From assembly GCA_963702425.1 (NCBI GenBank), contig CAVPCQ010000006.1, positions 96,001-160,000 on the forward strand: a DNA stretch of 64,000 bases, given 5' to 3'. This DNA comes from an uncultured Acidobacteriota bacterium (lineage in GTDB: Bacteria; Acidobacteriota; Polarisedimenticolia; J045). The notes under the pieces were generated by a model that saw only the letters and a program-made list of their open reading frames with translations, ran no database searches and had not been told where the DNA came from. Of the stretch, positions 30,201 to 39,269 are shown in pieces. The first letter of the stretch is position 1. Each line of letters begins with the position of its first letter. Made by a program: the position numbers and the translations under genes.

Positions 30201-30985
30201 GGCGATTCGTGCGTCCCCGGCCCGCCGATCGCCCCGAGCGACACGACTCTGCGACGGCGTGGACGACGACTGCGACGGCCAGGTCGACGAGGGGTATGTG
30301 CTCACAGGTCGACATCGTGCGGCCCGGCGTCTGCCAGCGCGCCGGCGCGACGTCCTGCGTGTCGGGGCAGGTGCTGGACAGCTGTGTGCCCTACCCGCCG
30401 GGCGCGCCGGACGATCTCTCGTGCAACGGGCTCGACGACGACTGCAACGGCCTGGTCGACGATGGATACGTCGATCAGCTGACCGTCTGCGGGCGCGGCG
30501 TCTGCGCGGCGCTGGGCAGCATCGCCTGCGAGTCGGGGCAACAGGTCGAGCACTGCACCCCGGGCCCACCCGGCGAGGAGACCTGCAACGGCCTGGACGA
30601 CGATTGCGACGGCATCGGCGACAACAACATCCCGGCGCCGGTCGGGCCGGTGCAGATCACGGTGAACCGTGTTCCGAACTCGAACTCGGCAACGATCCGT
30701 TGGGACGCAGTGGCCGCCGCGCTGATCTACGACGTGCAGCGCGGGATCGTGAAGCCGCTCGTCGAGGGCGGCGGAGACTTCACCACCGCGACCGACGACT
30801 GCATGGTCGACAACGTCGACCTGACGTCGTGGAACGCGGAGGATGTCCCGGCTGTCGGAGATTCTTTCTGGTACCTGGTTCGGGCCGCCAACTGCGTCGG
30901 CGTCAGCAGCTACGACGCGGGAGAAGCCGGTCTCGCCGCGCCACGCGACGCCGGGATCGCCGCGTCGCCGAACGCCTGCCCCTGA
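27251..30985 (+). CDS. Giant secreted protein (~1240 aa): two right-handed beta-helix (pectin-lyase-like) modules, Cys/Asp (MopE-like) repeats, C-terminal Cys-Pro domain (apparent frameshifts near 27655, 30248 and 30300-30325)
   Basis: GGAGG SD plus GTG; signal peptide ending ASPAAA-Q; GSDAGNDC...PCLTINRGI cap; Asn-ladder repeats; two NWWGS.SGP.GAG motifs; repeated CG.GVC..G..SC..G....C.P...D.TC(D/N)G.DD.CDG.VDE. Confidence 0.8.
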
Positions 30986-31014
30986 GGGGGCTCCCCGCGG
31001 GGGCGGAGACGGTG

Positions 31015-34000
31015 CTAGCCCGCTGCGCCTCCCCGGCGGAGCGACCGCCGCATCCAGAGCTTGTAGGCCGCCGGGAAGACCAGCAATTCCATCAGGAACG
31101 AGGTCGTCAGGCCGCCGATCATCGGCGCCGCGATCCGCTTCATCACGTCCGAACCGGTCGCGGTCGAGAACATGATCGGCAGCAGGCCGAGCACCGCGGC
31201 CGCCACGGTCATCATCTTCGGTCGGGCGCGCTTGACGGCGCCGTGGAAGATCGCTTCATCCAGCTCGCGCACGCTGGAGAGCAGGCCGCGCCGCCGTGCG
31301 TCGTCGATCGACAGGTCGAGGAAGAGCAGCATGAAGACCGCCGTCTCGGCGTCGAGGCCGAGCAGCGCGATCATCCCGACCCAGGCCGCGATCGAGACGT
31401 TGAAGCCGAGCCAGTGGAACAGCCAGATCGCGCCGATCGCGGAGAAGGGAACGGTCGCCATCACCAGCAGCGACTTGAACGCGGACCGCGTGTTCAGGAA
31501 CAGCAGCAGGAAGATCAGCGCCAGGGTGACCGGGATCACGATCTTCAGCCGCTCGCGCACCCGGAGCATGTTCTCGTACTGGCCGCTCCAGCCGAGCACG
31601 ATCCCGGGCGGCAGGGCGACCTGCTCCCGGACCGCGCGCTTGGCGTCGTCGACGTAGCTCCCGATGTCGCGGCCGGCAATGTCGACGTAGACGTAGCCGG
31701 TGAGGAAGCCGTCCTCGTTGCGCAGCATCGCTGGTCCCGACACGAGCCGGACATCGGCCACCTGGCCGAGCGGAACCTGGACCCCCGAGGGGGTCGCCAC
31801 CAGCACGCGAGAGAGCGACGAAACGTCGTCGCGCAGCTCACGCGGATAGCGCAGGTTGACGGTGTAGCGGGCCCGCCCCTCGATCGTCGTCGTCACCGTC
31901 TCGCCGCCGATCGCGGTCACGATCGTGTCCTGCAGGTCCCCGACGGTCAGCCCGTAGCGCGCCAGGACGTCGCGGCGCGGCTCGATGTCGACGAAGTAGC
32001 CGCCGGCCACGCGCTCCGCGAACACGCTTCGCGTGCCGGGGACCTGGCGCAGGACCTGCTCGAGGCGCCCGCCGAGCGTCTCCATTGCGGCCAGGTCCGA
32101 GCCCTGGATCTTGATCCCGACCGGCGTGCGGAAACCGGTCGACTGCATGTCGATCCGGGCCTTGATCGGCATCGTCCAGGCATTGGTCACGCCGGGGATC
32201 TTCAGTGAGCGGTCCATCTCGTCGACCAGCTCGTCCCAGGTGATCCGGTCGGGCCAGAAGGGGCGCATCAGCCCGGCCAGCCAGGCCGGGGCCCAGTCCG
32301 AGTACCACGCCGCCCGGGCCCGCCACTCCGCTTCGGGCTTCAGGACGACGACCGTCTCCATCATCGAGAGCGGCGCCGGGTCGGTCGAGGTGTCGGCGCG
32401 CCCCGCCTTCCCGAAGACGCGCTCGACCTCGGGGAACGAGGCCAGGACGCGGTCCTGCGTCGTCATCAGCTGCTGCGCTTCGCGCACGCCGATCCCGGGC
32501 AGCGTCGTCGGCATGTAGAGGATCGTCCCCTCGTGCAGCGGCGGCATGAACTCCCGTCCGAGCTTGAAGTAGACGGGAAGGCTGACGGCCAGCAGGGCGA
32601 CCGCGATCCCGACCGTCACCCAGGGCCGGCGCAGAGCCAGCCGGCAGGCCGGGGTATAGACCCGCTCGATCGCGCGCGAGACCGGGTGGCGCTCCTCCGA
32701 GACGTAGCTCCCGACGAAGAGCTTCGTGGCGCACCACGCCAGCCAGCGCGGGCGGAAGGTAAAGGGATCGATCCGCGCGAACATCATCCGCAGCGCCGGG
32801 TCGAGCGTGATCGCGAGCAGCGCCGCGATCGCCATCGTCAGGTTCTTCGAGGTCGCGAGCGGCTTGAACAGCCGGCCTTCCTGCTCGACCAGCGCGAAGA
32901 CCGGCAGGAAGGCGACGGCGATCACCAGCAGCGAGAAGAAGACCGAGGGGCCGACCTCCTTCAACGCCGCCAGCCGGACCGCGTCGAAGCTCCCGGGCCG
33001 CCCCGCCTGCTGCCAGTGGTAGATCCGGTTGTAGGCGTTCTCGACCTCGACGATCGCCCCGTCGACCAGCACGCCGATCGAGATCGCGATCCCGGCCAGC
33101 GACATGATGTTGATCGTCAGCCCCGAGGTGTAGAAGGGAATGAAGGCCAGCAGCACCGCGATCGGGATCGTCAGGATCGGCACGATCGCCGAGGGGAGGT
33201 GCCAGAGGAAGACCAGGATCACGAGCGAGACGATGATCATCGCCAGCACGAGTTCGTGCCGGAGAGTATCCAGCGCCGAGAGGATCAGCTCGGAGCGGTC
33301 GTAGACCGGAACGGCCTCGACCCCCGCCGGGAGCGACGGGGCCAGTTCCGCGAGGCGGGCCTTCACGCGCCGGATGACGTTCAGCGCGTTCTCGCCGTGG
33401 CGCATCACGACGATTCCGCCAACGGTATCGCCGCGGCCGTCGAGGTCCGACACGCCGCGCCGCATCTCGGGCCCGATCTCGACTCGCGCGACATCCCCGA
33501 GCAGGACCGGGACACCGTTCGCACCGGTCTTCACGACGATCGACGCGAAGTCCCGCGCCCCTCGGGCGTAGCCTCGGCCGCGGACCATGAACTCGGCCCC
33601 GGCGATCTCCAGCAGCCGGCCGCCCGTCTCGTCGTTGGAGCGGCGGATCGCCGTCGCGATCTCGTCCAGGGAAAGGCCGTAGGAGAGCAGCCGATTGGGG
33701 TCGACGGTGACCTGGTACTGCTTGACGAAGCCGCCGATCGAGGCAACCTCCGCCACCCCGGGGACCGACTGCAGGGCGAAGCGCACGGTCCAGTCCTGCA
33801 GCGAGCGCAGTTCGTCGAGACCGAGGCGCTCGTTCCGGTCGACCAGCGCGTACTGGTAGACCCAGCCGAGACCGGTCGCGTCGGGGCCCAGCTCGGTCCG
33901 GACGCCGCCCGGAAGCTGCGGCGTGATCTTCGACAGGTACTCGAGCGTGCGCGAGCGCGCCCAGTAGATGTCGGTGCCGTCCTCGAAGATGACGTAGATG

Positions 34001-34272
34001 AACGAGAAGCCGAAGTCGGAGAAGCCGCGCACCGCCTTCACCCGCGGCGCTCCGAGCATCGCCGAAACGATCGGGTAGGTGACCTGATCTTCGATCACGT
34101 CGGGCGAACGGTCCCAGCGCGAGTAGATCGTGACCTGGGTGTCGGAGAGGTCGGGCAGCGCGTCGAGCCGGCTGGCGTCGAGCAGCCGCCAGGCGAGCAG
34201 GCAGAGTGCGAGCGTGGTCAGCAGCACCAGGAAACGGTGCCGGGCCGAGAACTCGATGATCCGCGCGATCAC
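31015..34272 (-). CDS. cusA: CusA-family heavy-metal (Cu+/Ag+) RND efflux pump
   Basis: LDALPDLSDTQV, LGPDATGLGWVYQYAL, GVLVDG, candidate Met triad in LYMPTT / PLSMMET / IKARIDM, RARPKMMT, KRIAAPMIGG. Confidence 0.95.
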   Translation of the reverse strand: MIARIIEFSARHRFLVLLTTLALCLLAWRLLDASRLDALPDLSDTQVTIYSRWDRSPDVIEDQVTYPIVSAMLGAPRVKAVRGFSDFGFSFIYVIFEDGTDIYWARSRTLEYLSKITPQLPGGVRTELGPDATGLGWVYQYALVDRNERLGLDELRSLQDWTVRFALQSVPGVAEVASIGGFVKQYQVTVDPNRLLSYGLSLDEIATAIRRSNDETGGRLLEIAGAEFMVRGRGYARGARDFASIVVKTGANGVPVLLGDVARVEIGPEMRRGVSDLDGRGDTVGGIVVMRHGENALNVIRRVKARLAELAPSLPAGVEAVPVYDRSELILSALDTLRHELVLAMIIVSLVILVFLWHLPSAIVPILTIPIAVLLAFIPFYTSGLTINIMSLAGIAISIGVLVDGAIVEVENAYNRIYHWQQAGRPGSFDAVRLAALKEVGPSVFFSLLVIAVAFLPVFALVEQEGRLFKPLATSKNLTMAIAALLAITLDPALRMMFARIDPFTFRPRWLAWCATKLFVGSYVSEERHPVSRAIERVYTPACRLALRRPWVTVGIAVALLAVSLPVYFKLGREFMPPLHEGTILYMPTTLPGIGVREAQQLMTTQDRVLASFPEVERVFGKAGRADTSTDPAPLSMMETVVVLKPEAEWRARAAWYSDWAPAWLAGLMRPFWPDRITWDELVDEMDRSLKIPGVTNAWTMPIKARIDMQSTGFRTPVGIKIQGSDLAAMETLGGRLEQVLRQVPGTRSVFAERVAGGYFVDIEPRRDVLARYGLTVGDLQDTIVTAIGGETVTTTIEGRARYTVNLRYPRELRDDVSSLSRVLVATPSGVQVPLGQVADVRLVSGPAMLRNEDGFLTGYVYVDIAGRDIGSYVDDAKRAVREQVALPPGIVLGWSGQYENMLRVRERLKIVIPVTLALIFLLLFLNTRSAFKSLLVMATVPFSAIGAIWLFHWLGFNVSIAAWVGMIALLGLDAETAVFMLLFLDLSIDDARRRGLLSSVRELDEAIFHGAVKRARPKMMTVAAAVLGLLPIMFSTATGSDVMKRIAAPMIGGLTTSFLMELLVFPAAYKLWMRRSLRRGGAAG

Positions 34273-35573
34273 GGGGTGTGTCCCTCGTGGCCGCCGCCGG
34301 TCGGCCCCGGAGCGGGCGACCCGCCGGGTGCCGGCTGGGCCCCGGCGAACGCGGCGCGCAGCCGCGACTCCGAGTCGAGCAGGAAGTTGGCCTGGACGGC
34401 GACCTTCTCGCCTTCCCAGAGGCCCGCCAGGACCAGCACGTCGCCCTCGCCGCGCGCCCCGAGCGTCACGGTGCGCGGCACGAACGAGGAGTCGACCGAC
34501 TCGATGAAGACGACCTGCTCGCGCCCCGTGTCGAGCACCGCCGAGTCGGGGATGACGAGGCCCTCGGCCCTGGCGACGTCCAGCGTCACCTGCGCGAACA
34601 TCCCGGGCCGCAGGGCGAGCCCGGGGTTCGCGAACTCGATCCGGACGGGGAGGGTGCGGGTCGCCGGGTCGAGCGTCGGCGACAGAAAGACAACCCGCCC
34701 CTCCAGCGTCCGCGAGGGGTCGAACGGTAGCGTGACCTGCGCGCGCTGGCCGACGCGGAGCCGCGGGATGTCGGCTTCGAACAGGCTGGCGTCGATCCAG
34801 ACGCGCGAGAAGTCGGTGACCTGGAACAGCTCCGTGCCGGGCTCGACGCGGTGCCCCTCGACGACGTTCTTGACCGTCACGTAGCCCGAGACCGGCGCAG
34901 CGAGGGTGACCGTTCGCTGCGGTGGGCCGCCCGACTCCAGCGCCGCGATCGCCGCGGCCGGAACGTCGAGCAGTTGCAGCCGCCGCCGCGCCGCTGCGAG
35001 CAGTTCCTCCGACGCACGCCGGACCTCGGGGAGTGACGACGACGACAGGCGCGTCACGCTCTCGCGGGCGCGCAGATACTCCTCCTGGCTGGCGAGCAGT
35101 TCGGGCGAGTAGATCGTGAGCACGGGCGCGCCGGCCCGCACCTCCTGGCCGGTGAAATTGACGAACAGCCGCTCGACCCAGCCCTCGACCTTGGTGTGGA
35201 GGTGGCGGACCCGGGTCTCGTCGGGCACGACCGTGCCCGCGGTGCGCAGCGCGGTCGCGATCGTCCCCCGGCGCACCGGCACGGTGCGCACGCCGGCGAG
35301 CCGGACACCGCTCTCGCCGAGCTCGGCGGTGGCGCGGGGCTCGGCCACGCCGGCGTCGCCCGACGCCGCGGGAGCGCGCTCGACCGGCACGAGGCGCATC
35401 CCGCAGATCGGGCAGTCGCCGGGCTGGTCCTTCACGATCTGGGGGTGCATCGGGCAGGTATGGAGCACTCCCGAAGACGTGCTCTTCGCGTCGCGGGCGC
35501 CGCAGCCCGGGATCGAGGCGATCACCGCAAGGACCAGGCTCAGCACGACGAGCGCAGCGGGGCGGTGTCTCAT
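34269..35573 (-). CDS. cusB: CusB-like periplasmic adaptor with N-terminal heavy-metal-binding domain
   Basis: TCPMHPQI..QPGDCPICGM.L, GWVERL, IYSPELL..QEEYL, LRPGMF, NFLLDSES.L. Confidence 0.92.
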   Translation of the reverse strand: MRHRPAALVVLSLVLAVIASIPGCGARDAKSTSSGVLHTCPMHPQIVKDQPGDCPICGMRLVPVERAPAASGDAGVAEPRATAELGESGVRLAGVRTVPVRRGTIATALRTAGTVVPDETRVRHLHTKVEGWVERLFVNFTGQEVRAGAPVLTIYSPELLASQEEYLRARESVTRLSSSSLPEVRRASEELLAAARRRLQLLDVPAAAIAALESGGPPQRTVTLAAPVSGYVTVKNVVEGHRVEPGTELFQVTDFSRVWIDASLFEADIPRLRVGQRAQVTLPFDPSRTLEGRVVFLSPTLDPATRTLPVRIEFANPGLALRPGMFAQVTLDVARAEGLVIPDSAVLDTGREQVVFIESVDSSFVPRTVTLGARGEGDVLVLAGLWEGEKVAVQANFLLDSESRLRAAFAGAQPAPGGSPAPGPTGGGHEGHTP

Positions 35574-36850
35574 GGCGTCTCTCCGAGGAGCGCGCGGTCG
35601 TCGGCGCCCGGCACGAGAGCCTGGATGGCGGCCCAGGCGGTGTAGCGATCGGCTTCGCGGCGCGACAGCAGGATCCGCGCCTCCAGCCAGGCGTTGAGCT
35701 CCTCGACGACGACGGAGAACTCGCCGCGCCCCGCGACGTACGCGGCGCGCGCGGCATCGAGCGCGGCGGTGGCGAGCGGGAGGCTTCCCTCGCGGACCCG
35801 CACGAGCTGGCGTTCCGCCTGTCCGCGCAGCGCCTCGGCGCGCGCCGCAGCCGCGCGCGCTTCGGCCTCGGCGGCGCGCAGGTCGTGGCGTGCCGCCTCG
35901 CTCTCGGCTTCGGCGGCAACGACCCGGGGGCGCAGCGTGCTCTGCTTCCAGGCCGGCCACTCGACGCCGAAGCGCACGAGCACGACCGGATCGAGCGATC
36001 CGCGGTAGCCGGCCCCGCCGCCGACCGACAGGTCGGGCCGAAGCTCCTCGCGCGCCGCGACGGCGCGGCGCTCGGCCGCGTCGACCGCGGCCTGCGCGGC
36101 GGCCACCGCCGCGGCCTCGCGGACCGCGCCGGGAGGCCAGCCAGGAGCCGGGAAGGCGACTTCCGGCAGGGCCACCACCGGCGGGATCGCCAACCCCTCC
36201 GGGGCATCGACCAGCCGCTCGAGCCGGGACAGGACCAAGGCCCGGGCCGCGTCGAGATCGATCTCGCGCTCGACCAGGCGGGCGCTTTCGAGCCGCGCCC
36301 GGATCGCGCCGGCGAGATCGGTCCCACCGGTCGCGTAGCGCGAGGCGCTGACCTGGCCGAGCAACTCGAGCAGCTCGGCGGCCGAAGCGAGCGTGGATCG
36401 CTCAGCGTCGATCGCGTACAGCACGGCCCACGCCTCGCGGATCTCGGCCAGGATCTCGCGCCGCCGGACACGCGCCTCGGCGGCCACGAGCGCCTCCTCG
36501 GCCGTCGCCGCGTTGCGCCGCGCCGCGCGCTTGCGCGCGCTCGGCAGGCTCTGCCGCAGCTCGACCGCGAGCATCGACATCTCCTCGTCGCCGAGGGTCA
36601 GCCGGTCGGCTCCGACGTTCTGGAGCATCGATTCGAGCATCGGGCCGGGCAGCGCTCCGGCCGGTTCGGCGGCGGCACGGGCGGCGATCAGGCGCTGGTC
36701 GAGTGCGGCGAGGGCGGGGCTACCCGCCAGCGCCATGCGGGCCAGTTCGTCGGCGTCGTGCGGTGCGACCGGGTGCGGGCTCTCTTCGGCCGCGGCGGGC
36801 AGCGCCAGCGCGACGAAGAGCAGCACCCCAAGGGGAGTCATCCTGTCCAC
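35570..36850 (-). CDS. TolC/CusC-family outer membrane efflux protein
   Basis: Signal peptide and two Ala-rich OEP-like halves; first gene of the CBA efflux operon. GTG 36850 has a GAGGA SD; ATG 36841 is an alternative start. Confidence 0.85.
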   Translation of the reverse strand: MDRMTPLGVLLFVALALPAAAEESPHPVAPHDADELARMALAGSPALAALDQRLIAARAAAEPAGALPGPMLESMLQNVGADRLTLGDEEMSMLAVELRQSLPSARKRAARRNAATAEEALVAAEARVRRREILAEIREAWAVLYAIDAERSTLASAAELLELLGQVSASRYATGGTDLAGAIRARLESARLVEREIDLDAARALVLSRLERLVDAPEGLAIPPVVALPEVAFPAPGWPPGAVREAAAVAAAQAAVDAAERRAVAAREELRPDLSVGGGAGYRGSLDPVVLVRFGVEWPAWKQSTLRPRVVAAEAESEAARHDLRAAEAEARAAAARAEALRGQAERQLVRVREGSLPLATAALDAARAAYVAGRGEFSVVVEELNAWLEARILLSRREADRYTAWAAIQALVPGADDRALLGETP

Positions 36851-36991
36851 TGTCGTTCCTCGTCCGCGGCGGCACGCGCGGCGCCGCCGCGTTTCGTGCA
36901 ACACGGCTCCACCCCGCGCTGGCGCGCGGAGTCGTCACGCGGTCACGAGGTCGAGGTCAACAGCGAAAAGTGCAGCAGACGAGGAACAGCG
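36851..36991 (-). promoter_or_regulatory. Predicted SD-sequestering RNA structure between the leader ORF and tolC
   Basis: mRNA GUUCCUCGUC (36987-36978, leader codons L-F-L-V) is the exact complement of GACGAGGAAC (36864-36855, containing the SD); separate 9-bp hairpin CGCGGCGGC/GCCGCCGCG at 36865-36891. Confidence 0.65.
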
Positions 36992-37340
36992 ACGGCGCGG
37001 CGGCCGCCAGGGCGTTTGGCGCCGTCGCGAAGGACGGGACGCCGGCGGCCGCGTCCGGGACGGTCGCGGGGACGGGGACGGGTGCAGCTAGGGAATCGTG
37101 CGCGCCCGGCCCGGCGGGGGGGGTGGCGGGCTGGGGCCGCTCCGGCGCCTCCGGCGCCCGATCCCGGGCGCAACAGCAGCCCGACGGGCCGCAGGGGTCC
37201 GTTCCGGGTGCGTCGCCGTCGCCGCCGGAACAGCGGCAGGCTGCCGGGGCCGCCGTCGCGGCGCACCGCATCCCCGCTCCAGCCGGCACGGCCAGGGCGG
37301 CCAGCAGGAGGAGCAGGACGGCAGCCCGGAGGAATCTCAT
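36957..37340 (-). CDS. Small secreted Cys-rich protein, putative regulatory leader of the Cus operon
   Basis: Sec-type signal peptide, CxC and C-x4-CCC cluster, Pro/Ala linker, C-terminal PSLFLVCCTFRC; co-oriented, 106 nt upstream of tolC. Confidence 0.7.
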   Translation of the reverse strand: MRFLRAAVLLLLLAALAVPAGAGMRCAATAAPAACRCSGGDGDAPGTDPCGPSGCCCARDRAPEAPERPQPATPPAGPGAHDSLAAPVPVPATVPDAAAGVPSFATAPNALAAAAPSLFLVCCTFRC

Positions 37341-37438
37341 CGAGGACTATCTTCGCCCCAAACGGCCGCGGGGGCACGGGGTTCGGCGAGGTTCGCTAGA
37401 ATGCCCGTCCGAAGCGCCGACTGGCGCGGGAGGCCCGG

Positions 37439-37723
37439 ATGCCGGCGAGGCGCTTCACGGTCCGCGGAAAGGTCCACGGAGTCGGCTTTCGGTCGTTCGC
37501 CAAGACCTGTGCCGACGCCCTCGGCGTGACCGGGTGGGTCTGCAACCGGCCGGACGGCACCGTGGTCGTCCACGCAGAGGGCACGGAGGAGCAGCTCAAC
37601 GAGCTGGCATTCGACCTCTCGCGCGGGTCCCGGTTCGCCCGTGTCCAGGGGATCGAGCCCTCGGAGGCTCCTCCCGAGACCCCCACCGCCTTCTCCATCC
37701 TCCGACAGGAACCGCCTCGATGA
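37439..37723 (+). CDS. acyP: Acylphosphatase
   Basis: VRGKVHGVGFR, GVTGWVCN.PDGTV; 94 aa. Confidence 0.93.
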   Translation: MPARRFTVRGKVHGVGFRSFAKTCADALGVTGWVCNRPDGTVVVHAEGTEEQLNELAFDLSRGSRFARVQGIEPSEAPPETPTAFSILRQEPPR

Positions 37724-38242
37724 GCAGCGCAGCGCTGAAGGCCCACATCCGCGACATCCCCGACTTCCCGAGCCCGGGAATCCTCTTCCGCGATCTCACC
37801 CCCCTGCTCGCCTCTCCGGAGGCGCTCGCGGCCGCTGTCGACCAGCTCGAAGCCTGGGCCCGCCCCCGCCGGCCGGACGCGATCGTGGGGGTCGAGTCCC
37901 GGGGCTTCCTGTTCGGCGCGCCGCTCGCGCTGCGGCTCGGCGTCGGGATCGTGCCGGTGCGCAAGCCGGGCAAGCTGCCCTGGAGAGACGCTCACCGAGA
38001 GCTACTCGCTGGAGTACGGCCAGGGCCAGCTCCAGATGCACGAGGACGCGATCGCCGCGGGTGCCCGCGTACTCGTGGTCGACGACCTGCTCGCGACCGG
38101 CGGGACGGCAGCGGCGACGATCCGGCTCGTGCAGCGGGCCGGCGGTCGGGTGGCCGGGGCACTTTTTGTGGTCGAGCTGAGCGCCCTGAAGGGCCGCTCG
38201 CTGTTGGACGGGGTCGAAGTGCACTCGCTCGTGACCTACTGA
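37720..38242 (+). CDS. apt: Adenine phosphoribosyltransferase (apparent frameshift near 37990)
   Basis: IRDIPDFPSPGILFRDLTPLL, ESRGFLFG, VRKPGKLP; then YSLEYG and VVDDLLATGGT in the next frame. Confidence 0.93.
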
Positions 38243-38377
38243 GCCGAGGGGGAACCGTCCGGCGCGGCCACCGGAGCCGCCCCCCGCGGCGGCGAGGCTG
38301 CCGGGGCGCTGCGCGGGGGCGGGGCGACGATGTGCCCCCAGCCCCCGCCCGGGTTTAACATGGCCGGCTTTCCGGGC

Positions 38378-38454
<77 letters not shown>

Positions 38455-38523
38455 CGCCCGGCCGCGGACGGTTGTTGGCAATCGGGCGGCGCTGCGGCGC
38501 CGCAGGAAGTCGGAGAGAGAGCG

Positions 38524-39240
38524 ATGGACCGGATCGAGCGCAAGAAGATCAAGCAGGACGAATTCGTTTCCGAGGGGATGCGCATCTTCCAGTGGATCGA
38601 GGATCACCCGACGATGCTCCTCGCCGGCGCGGGGGCGTTCGTTGCGCTGGTGCTCGCGGCGTGGGGGGGCTCGGCGTACATGCGCTCGCGCGATCAGCGC
38701 TCGGCCGACCTTCTGGCCCGCGGCCAGGCGGCTTTGAACGCGCCGGTCATCCCGACCGGGGCCAAGCCGGATGATGCCTACGCGCCAAGCTTCGCGAGCG
38801 CCGCGGATCGGTCGCGCGCGGCGACGGAGCGGCTGGGCACGGCGGCGGCCGCAGGGGGCAAGCCGTCCGCCCTGGCGTCCTACCTGGAGGGTATCGCGCT
38901 GCTCGAGAAGGGCGACCCCGGTGGCGCGATCGCGACGCTCGAGAAGGCGGCCCCGGCGTTGAAGTCGGACGCGACGGTGCGGCCCTTGGCCGACGCCGTC
39001 CTGGCTTCCGCCTACGACCGGGCCGGACAGCGCGAGAAGGCGCTGGCCGCCTGGCGGCAACTCGGCGAGAAGGACTCCGGGTACCCCCGCGATCTCGCGC
39101 TCGTCGGTCTGGCGCGGACGCTGGAAGGAGCCGGGCAGAAGGAGGAGGCCGTGAGGGCCTGGCGAGAGATCGTCGATACCTTCCCGGATTCGCCGGTTCG
39201 CGAGACAGCGACCGCCGCGCTGGGTCGGCTCGGAGCGTAG
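38524..39240 (+). CDS. YfgM-like membrane-anchored TPR protein
   Basis: RKKIKQDEF N-terminus, single TM, TPR-like helices ending IVDTFPDSP. Confidence 0.75.
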   Translation: MDRIERKKIKQDEFVSEGMRIFQWIEDHPTMLLAGAGAFVALVLAAWGGSAYMRSRDQRSADLLARGQAALNAPVIPTGAKPDDAYAPSFASAADRSRAATERLGTAAAAGGKPSALASYLEGIALLEKGDPGGAIATLEKAAPALKSDATVRPLADAVLASAYDRAGQREKALAAWRQLGEKDSGYPRDLALVGLARTLEGAGQKEEAVRAWREIVDTFPDSPVRETATAALGRLGA

Positions 39241-39269
39241 CAAGCCGCGCCGCCGGCCGCGCTGCGGCG

